Of a stretch of DNA of 64,000 nucleotides, positions 56,707 to 64,000 are shown in pieces. A model generated the notes under the pieces. That model was not told the origin of the DNA, did no database searches, and saw nothing but the letters and a program-made list of their open reading frames with translations. The stretch lies in the NCBI GenBank assembly GCA_951406725.2, contig OX597814.1, positions 192,944,001-193,008,000 on the forward strand. The letters are read 5' to 3'. The number at the start of each line of letters is the position of its first letter. Positions within the stretch are counted from its first letter, which is position 1. The DNA comes from Octopus vulgaris (Eukaryota). Made by a program: the position numbers and the translations under genes.

Positions 56707-58089
56707 GTATACAGCGAGATTTCACAGCTCTTTTTTTTTGTTCTTGAGAAGACTAAAGTGCGGAGCAGGTTCAAATTCCGTGTCGATATTATTTATTTAT
56801 CGCATTGCATTCTCAAGCGTTGATATTTGGCTTTACAGCTGCATTAACGAAAGTAATGAGAACCGAATAAAAATCAATAAAAACGTATCTTATTGCTTGG
56901 ACCCTATATCAAACAATTACATTTGTATCGTACGTGCTCAGGATGTATCTCTTACACTGCCAGATGACAAATACTTTTCTTTTTATAAGATTCATGCTTT
57001 TGTGTTTTCCATCAGGCACTTGTGTCTCTGCAGGCGAAGAATTTTCTATTGTCCTTTAACGAATGCCCACACGATAACAAAAGCTTTCATATTACTATTA
57101 TAGCACCAGTAAGGAATGCAACTTAGTGGCAAATTTAAGTGAAGTTGCAAAGGATAATCTCTATAGTCTGTCCTAATGACAAGTTGGCAACCAATTTCCT
57201 GCTGGTTTCCGGTAATAAATTTGCGAAAGCCAATATTAGATTACACGTGCAATGAGATTTAATGGATTGAAAGCTTTCTCTTTTCTCCCGAAGATCATTA
57301 AAAGAGTCCGATTTTTTTTTACATCCAAATTCAAAGATTATATAATGAATTTGCTTTAGTATTAAATCGATATCCAGCTAGCCGACGCCTCATCCGGTAA
57401 AAACAAAAGAAATATTTCAAGGCTTCTTTATCCTTAGATAAATCTTCCATTAAAATTCTCTGCATGTTTCGCTTTGGTTTAGAATATATCGCTAAGCATA
57501 GCTGTTGCCCGAAAAGAAAAAGCTCCCTAAATCATGGTTGTATTTCGATGCCATATAGTATACATATAGACGCAGGCTATGATGTATCAACCAGATGTTT
57601 GCTTCACAGTTGTATGCTTTGGGGTTCGATATACTGAGTGGCGCCCTGGATAAACTTATAAGTTACTATAGTAAAGCTATAGTAACTTGTGAGCAAAATT
57701 TGATAAACGGAAACTGTGCGATAGTTCGTTGCATAATATATATATTTGCGTGTGTAATATGTACACATACACATGCACACACACACACACACACATCCAT
57801 ATATATCTCCCAGAAATGGAACAAGGACACAACAGACGACAATAAAACATCCGGACAGATAGACGATATAAAGACGGACAGGAAAAAACAACCAAAAGAT
57901 GGCAGGAAAAAACAAGGATTGGTCATTCGTAGCCTTCTCTCCTCAGTCAAGTTTCCAGATTATCCTTACAGTTTCGGCCGGTTATACTTGAGACTGTTCA
58001 AATCTGAAAACCACTAAAAAGTATTCTCTAACGCCAACATATGACCATATAGATTAAAAAAAAGTATGGAAGACGCTACATACAAAAAA

Positions 58090-58306
58090 AAACTATGTAT
58101 ATACAATGAATTAGAAAAAAACCTGTGTAAACCACCGTTTTTCCGGTTTGTCTGTTTACGTGGGAGCTCTGGGTAAAATGTTATACTGCATCACCATCCT
58201 TGGAACATAAGTAATGTGTGTGTAATGTTTGGAGACAATCGGTTGAGGATTGTGGAAATGTAAGCGTTACTCAAAATATAAATAGTGTGATTTATATATA
58301 CTAGAT
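58090..58306 (-). mobile_element. Short Helitron-like element
   Basis: Minus-strand start TCtagtatatataaatc and a Helitron-like ccgattgtctccaaac block. Confidence 0.45.
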
Positions 58307-58478
58307 AATCGACTAGAGTCCTTAGTACTAACCATAAGAAAATTTAGTGGTGATATTCAGATGACATTCAGAATTGAAAAATGTCCTATAACAGGGCTGA
58401 AGCTTCGAAAAGATTCACAAAAACACTGGAATAGATCTATCTGACGCAGAGAATTGTATTGAAGCATATTAGTAATTT

Positions 58479-58747
58479 GTGGAGGCGCGTGACTTAGTGG
58501 TTAGGGTGTCAGCATCATGATCGTAAGATTGTGGTTTCGATTCCTGGACCGGGTGTCGCGTTGTGTTCTTGAGCAAAGCACTTCATTTCACGTTGCTCCA
58601 GTTCACTCAGCTGGCAAAAATGAGTAACGCTGCGATGGACTGGCGTCCCGTCCTGCTGGGGAACACATACGCCATTGAAACCGGGAAACCGGGCCCATGA
58701 GCCTGGCTAGGCTTGAAAAGGGCGCATTTATTTTTATTTTTATTTTT
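58479..58747 (+). mobile_element. SINE family C2
   Basis: Homologous to 23106-23360; TSD atattagtaattt. Confidence 0.9.
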
Positions 58748-58862
58748 ATATTAGTAATTTGGAATACTGGAATGGGATAAAATCTAAATTATAGAAATGA
58801 AGAAAGTCCTCAGTAAAGAGTAATTTCGGAGAATAAAGATTATAAATCCATAATGAATGCAA

Positions 58863-59346
58863 TGTGGAAGCACTCCGTCGGTTACGACGATGAGGGTTCC
58901 GGTTGATCCGAATCAACGGAACAGCCTGCTCGTGAAATTAACGTGTAAGTGGCTGAGCACTCCATAGACACGTGCACCCTTAACGTAGTTCTCGGGGATA
59001 TTCAGCGTGACACAGAGAGTGACAAGGCCGGCCCCTTGAAATACAGGTACAACAGAAACAGGAAGTAAGAGTGAGAGAAAGTTGTGGTGAAAGAGTACAG
59101 CAGGGATCACCACCATCCCCTGCCGGAGCCTCGTGGAGCTTTTAGGTGTTTTCGCTCAATAAACACTCACAACGCCCGGTCTGGGAATCGAGTACAGCAG
59201 GGATCACCACCACCCCCTGCCGGAGCCTCGTGGAGCTTTTTGGTGTTTTCGCTCAATAAACACTCACAACGCCCGGTCTGGGAATCGAAACTGCGATCCT
59301 ATGACCGCAAGTCCGCTGCCCTAACCACTGGGCCATTGCGCCTCCG
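58863..59346 (-). mobile_element. SINE family C, long form with tail Y and a ~100-bp internal tandem duplication
   Basis: TSD taatgaatgcaa at 58851-58862 and 59348-59359; gagtacagcagggatcaccacca occurs twice. Confidence 0.9.
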
Positions 59347-60227
59347 GTAATGAATGCAATAAATATACGAGAAATCAACACGAGAGCAGTATAACAAATG
59401 AGGCATGGAACAAGGATCATCGAGTGGAAAAAAGAGTAAGCTAAAAGATATCGACAAGAAGACGAGGGAGCAGCTCACAATGTAGAGAAGCCTCCTGCAT
59501 CTCAATTGAGAAATGGTCTGTTTATCATGGAAAAGGACAGGAGGAGGAAAGGAATTAATGGGCTTTAAAGAAGCTGTAAAGCTAGAAGAAACAAATTTAG
59601 GAGTGCGATTGAAATTCTCCTTAAAGAAGCAATAAGAGGAGGATTATTTACAAAGTTAGTAAAACTCCAAATGAAAAATAAATGGAAATTATAAAAACAA
59701 AAAGGAAGTAAAGTTTTGAATGTAAAAAAGAAAAGTTTGATCCACCGTTTTTTCAAAAAGACGAAAGAAAGAAAAAATGACAAGCAAAGATGGCTTTAGC
59801 TAAAGAAAGAAGCATCGAACCAATTGAAGAAAGAGACGAGGAAATGATTTTAATAGCACACGTGTAGACCTTACGGTTAAATTGGATTAAAATACAATAA
59901 CCACAATTAAACAGCACTTTTCACCCGAATGAAGAATGTAGCGATAGAGACATGACTATCAATCACAATGTAAATAGAATGGCCACAATATACGGGAAAT
60001 AATTACAAAACTTTAAGTATGATAAAATTGCTACAATAATAGTTTACTGGAATTTTTTGCAAATGGTTCGGATCTGCTATACACATTAAAAAATTATAAC
60101 TATTCTGTAGGAAGAGAAACAGAAAATTCCTCGATAAAGTTGCAGTCAGACTTATCAGATTTTACTGTACAAATCAAAAGGAGATTAGAGCACAGCAAGC
60201 CGGATATTATCAAGCGTTGATAAGAAA

Positions 60228-60412
60228 GGTACTGGCATGGCTGTGTAGTAAGACGCTTGCATCCCAACCACATGGTCGCGGGTTCAGTTCTACTTCGTGG
60301 CACCTTGGGCAAGTGTCTTCTATTATAGACTTGGGTCGACCAAAGCGTTGCCGACGTCCGGTGCAGTGCCTTGTGAGTCGACTTGGTAGACGAAAACTGA
60401 AAGAATCCTGTC

Positions 60413-60450
<38 letters not shown>

Positions 60451-60485
60451 GTGACAGGTCGTTTCGCCCTGCTCCCTTAATATAA

Positions 60486-60528
<43 letters not shown>

Positions 60529-60712
60529 TTTAATAGATATATGTGTGCGTGGGTGTGTCAGTGTTTATGTCTGTTATTGACCGTCCCACCAGCACTTGAC
60601 AACCAGTGTTGGTGTGTTTACGTCCCTGTAACATATTTGTCCAGCAAAAGCGACCGATAGAATAAGTACCGAGCTTTATAAAATAAGTACTAGGGTCGTT
60701 TCGCTCGACTAA
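60228..60712 (+). mobile_element. Older SINE family B copy
   Basis: CORE-like tggcaccttgggcaagtgtctt, and a body colinear with 5991-6340. Confidence 0.8.
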
Positions 60713-61392
60713 AAATAAAAAAAAATAGGAGAAAACTTTTCTAATATAATGTAGAAATATGCAAAAAAAAAAAGAAAGAAATTATTAATGTTAGTTTTAT
60801 TTCATTTTGAAAAATAAACCTTTTCTTCTGGTTTATTTTTTGTTTATATTTTGAATTACATTTTATGGGGCACCAACATCTTTTAAGTGCTTAGAGACCC
60901 TATGGGTCTTAATCCGGCTCTGGTCACAGCTGGCACGCTCATGATTATAAATCTATTGCTTGAACAGGGTTGACATGAAATTAGGCAATGAAAACATCAG
61001 CATTTGGGCCTCATCTGTTAAACAGCCTTAGACACCTAGTGCAATACCTGGACTACTTCCATGGAAATGGGCGTTGAGCACATTCTTCAAATGGTGAATT
61101 GGTGGCTTATCTTTCATCAACAACGTCTGTGGATAATCACTGCCACATATCAAAGAATTAATCTTGGACAAACGCAAAAGACGAATCTTTCTTTAGTAGT
61201 TAATTCACTGAAGATGTTGATGCTGGTTATATTAGCTATTAATTAGATAACTGGAATGAATTCACAGAAAACTGGTTAGATACAACCCAGTATTTTCAAT
61301 ATGGAAGAAAGGTTTATTCCAAAAATATATTTTATTTAATTTTTACAAAACGTCTGAAAATGGCTCTTAATTAAAAATTTATAGTTATATTT

Positions 61393-61600
61393 ACACTTTT
61401 TACTCTTACATTTTTACTTGTTTCAGTCATTTGACTGCGGGCATGCTGGAGCACCGCCTTTAGTCGAGCAAATCGATCCCGGTACTTATAATTTGTAAGT
61501 CTAGTACTTATTCTATCGGCCTCTTTTGCCGAACCGTTAAGTGACGGGGACATAAACACACCAGAATCGGTTGTCAAGCAATGCAAGGGGGACAAATACA

Positions 61601-61676
<76 letters not shown>

Positions 61677-61840
61677 CGAGGGGCTTGTTTCAGTTTCCGT
61701 CTACCAAATCCACTCACAAGGCTTTGGTTGGCCCGAGGCTATAGTAGAAGACTCTTGCCCAAGATGCCACGCAGTGGGACTGAACTCGGAACCATGTGGT
61801 TGGTAAGCAAGCTGCTTACAACACAGCCACTCCTGTGCCT
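61393..61840 (-). mobile_element. SINE family B
   Basis: Full reverse complement, including the CR1-type tail. Confidence 0.9.
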
Positions 61841-62374
61841 ATATTTATTCAAAAATCATTAACGAAGTCTGAAATTAGTTGATATAAAAATTTCTAAGGA
61901 AAGCCAATTAAATTTAGGAAAGGGTTGGAAACACCGCAGGAAATGTCCTGCCCGCTCTTCTCCAGGTCTGCTTCAGGTCCAAATCTCAGGTCACAAATGC
62001 CAACATAAAGACTTTGCTAAACCTAATTGACTGACTGATTGATTGACGAACGATTAACCAAACAATTGATTAGTTGAGTGCTTAAATAGTCAACCAATTG
62101 AGAAATGAAAAATAAGTGAATTAGAACCAGTGCGTGTGTTTATTACTGGCATAATGATCCTCCCGAGATACAACAAAATATGTTTCGACATAAGGATTCA
62201 CATTAAGAATTTTGTAGAGCAGTGGTTTTCAACCGGGGTTAATATGACATTTGGGGGTCCATATGAGATTTTGTTGTTAAAATTCATGTGCAATAAATTT
62301 GTTATGCTTCTACGATACACAAAATATTTTAATAATATTCTTATACGATTCCTAATAATATTTAATCATAAATT

Positions 62375-62764
62375 TCTATATATATAAAGCTGAAGTTGTC
62401 TGTGTATGGCAGGTTTGGTAGCCTTCAACTAACACTATCTTCTCGGAGACCCTGTGGCGCAGTTGACCAAAATTGAGAGTCTGATAGAAGAAGGCTTGCT
62501 CTTCCTTCCATAGAAGCAAAAATTCAAATCGGACCATGTTAACACCAAAAATCATTTACATCAAGAAGGTGCTTTTTTTCTATGAAAATCCCTATTTTTT
62601 ACGATTTTTTTTACTGCTGTGTCGTCATTTTTCGCTGTATTTCAACCAGAAAAATGTTCACTTAAAGAGAATAACAAGCTACGTAATGCAAAATTTTTAC
62701 TTTTCAAAAATTTCAATTCTAAAGGGTCGAAACAAGCCCGAGCAATGCCGGGCGATACTGCTAG
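62375..62764 (+). mobile_element. Non-autonomous Helitron family H1
   Basis: TC start, hairpin cccgagcaatgccggg, CTAG|t. Confidence 0.88.
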
Positions 62765-63299
62765 TATACAATAAAGTTTCTTTTAAACATCGAATGGCTA
62801 TGAGTAAAATAGGAATCAAAGAGATCCATAGGCGGAAAATGGTTCAGAACCAGTGTTGTTAACCAAATACAGCAACGAAGTATCTACTATAATAATACTC
62901 TTGTGTCTTTCTCTGTCACAACATATGAATGAGAAAGGAAGGGGTGAGAAAAAAACCCAGCGTTTCAACTCTGTGTGAGTATATGTGTGTGTATGTAAAA
63001 GGAAGGTAGGTGAATGTGTATGTATGTGTGCGCGTGTGTGCAATGGAAATGGGAGGGTGAACATTCAACGCCGGAAAGAAAAATCAAACAGCGTTCCAAC
63101 TCTGTGTGAGTATATGTGTGTGTGTGCGTACACAAGGTAAGTATGTGAATGTTTGTATGTGTCACATCTCAAAATACAACCACTAGATAACATTGAGAAG
63201 TGTATTAATTTGAACTAGCTGAACCCGTGAAAAATTCACGGAAGACATAAAAAATGTAAGCATTTGTAAACAGTGTACTGGTGCCATGAGAAATAATTG

Positions 63300-63465
63300 T
63301 ATATTATTACTGTCTGTCTTTACGTTCTGAGTTAAAATTCTGCCGAGATCGACTTTGCCTTTCGTCCTCTCGGAGTCGATAAATTAAGTATCAGTTGTGT
63401 ACTGGGGTCGATCTAATCAACTGGCCTCCTCCCCACAAAAACATTCAGGCCTAGAAAAGTATATT
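63300..63465 (+). mobile_element. Family A SINE fragment (tail B)
   Basis: B-box, central domain and tail B. Confidence 0.75.
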
Positions 63466-64000
63466 GTGACAGTTACAGAATATAGAAAACAATGTAACGC
63501 CAACGACTATATAATCTCAGTTATACAACGTAAACAGAATTATTATTTAACCATAAAATACATCGTACATATTCAAAGAACCTTAATGTAAAAATTGAAA
63601 TGCAAAAGAATGAAATAATAAATGGATTTATGAATGAAAGTTTGGTAATTGCACTTATTTCCACCACACGACACTTATTATTGCTAACATGTTTTAAATA
63701 AGCTAAACTGTATACACACACAAATACATCCATATATATGTTTCGAGTTGTAGCTGTAATTCAAAGGGGCCTGTCTTGTCATATTCTGTGTGAGGATGAA
63801 TCTCCCTGAGAACTACATTAATGTTATGCATGACTGTGGAGTACTCAGTCATTTGTGAGTTAATTTTATCATCGTGTGGTAATGAAAAGTGAAATTGACA
63901 TCCAATATTTGCTGTGTGTATGCGTTTATGTATGAACTTTTCTTTGAATTTATGTATCTGATGTCTCTCTCATTTTCTCTCTCACTTCCTTTGTGTTCCT

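Larger units (their letters stand above)
58312..59800 (+). pseudogene. Degenerate R4/Dong-type LINE RT region, interrupted by two SINEs
   Basis: LESLVLTIRKFSGDIQMTFRIEKC; GILEWDKI; INTRAV; LKDIDKKTREQLTM; GGGKELMG. Confidence 0.7.

Overview
Eukaryotic, AT-rich, very microsatellite-dense DNA, either intergenic or deep intronic. The SINE families and repeat landscape match what I recall for an octopod cephalopod (Octopus-like); this is an inference. I recognise no host protein-coding exon, and almost all listed ORFs are artefacts of (TA)n, (CA)n, (ACC)n or (TTC)n tracts. The one real CDS is an intact CR1-group LINE ORF2 (APE endonuclease plus RT, 15238-18273), whose 3' tail is shared with an abundant tRNA/CORE-type SINE. 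Everything else is mobile DNA: three tRNA-derived SINE lineages, RTE and R4/Dong LINE remnants, Tigger/pogo and mariner remnants, Helitrons, a HINE, and hAT/Merlin-type MITEs. Three signals stand out. (1) Several unrelated Penelope-like repeats carry minimal type I hammerhead ribozymes with a compensatory U3-A8 core (TTGAnAA), and their fold-back inversions start at stem III. (2) Polarised SINE tandem arrays restart at a fixed point in the tRNA anticodon arm. (3) A G-U-rich rod-like hairpin lies at 23.75-23.93 kb.
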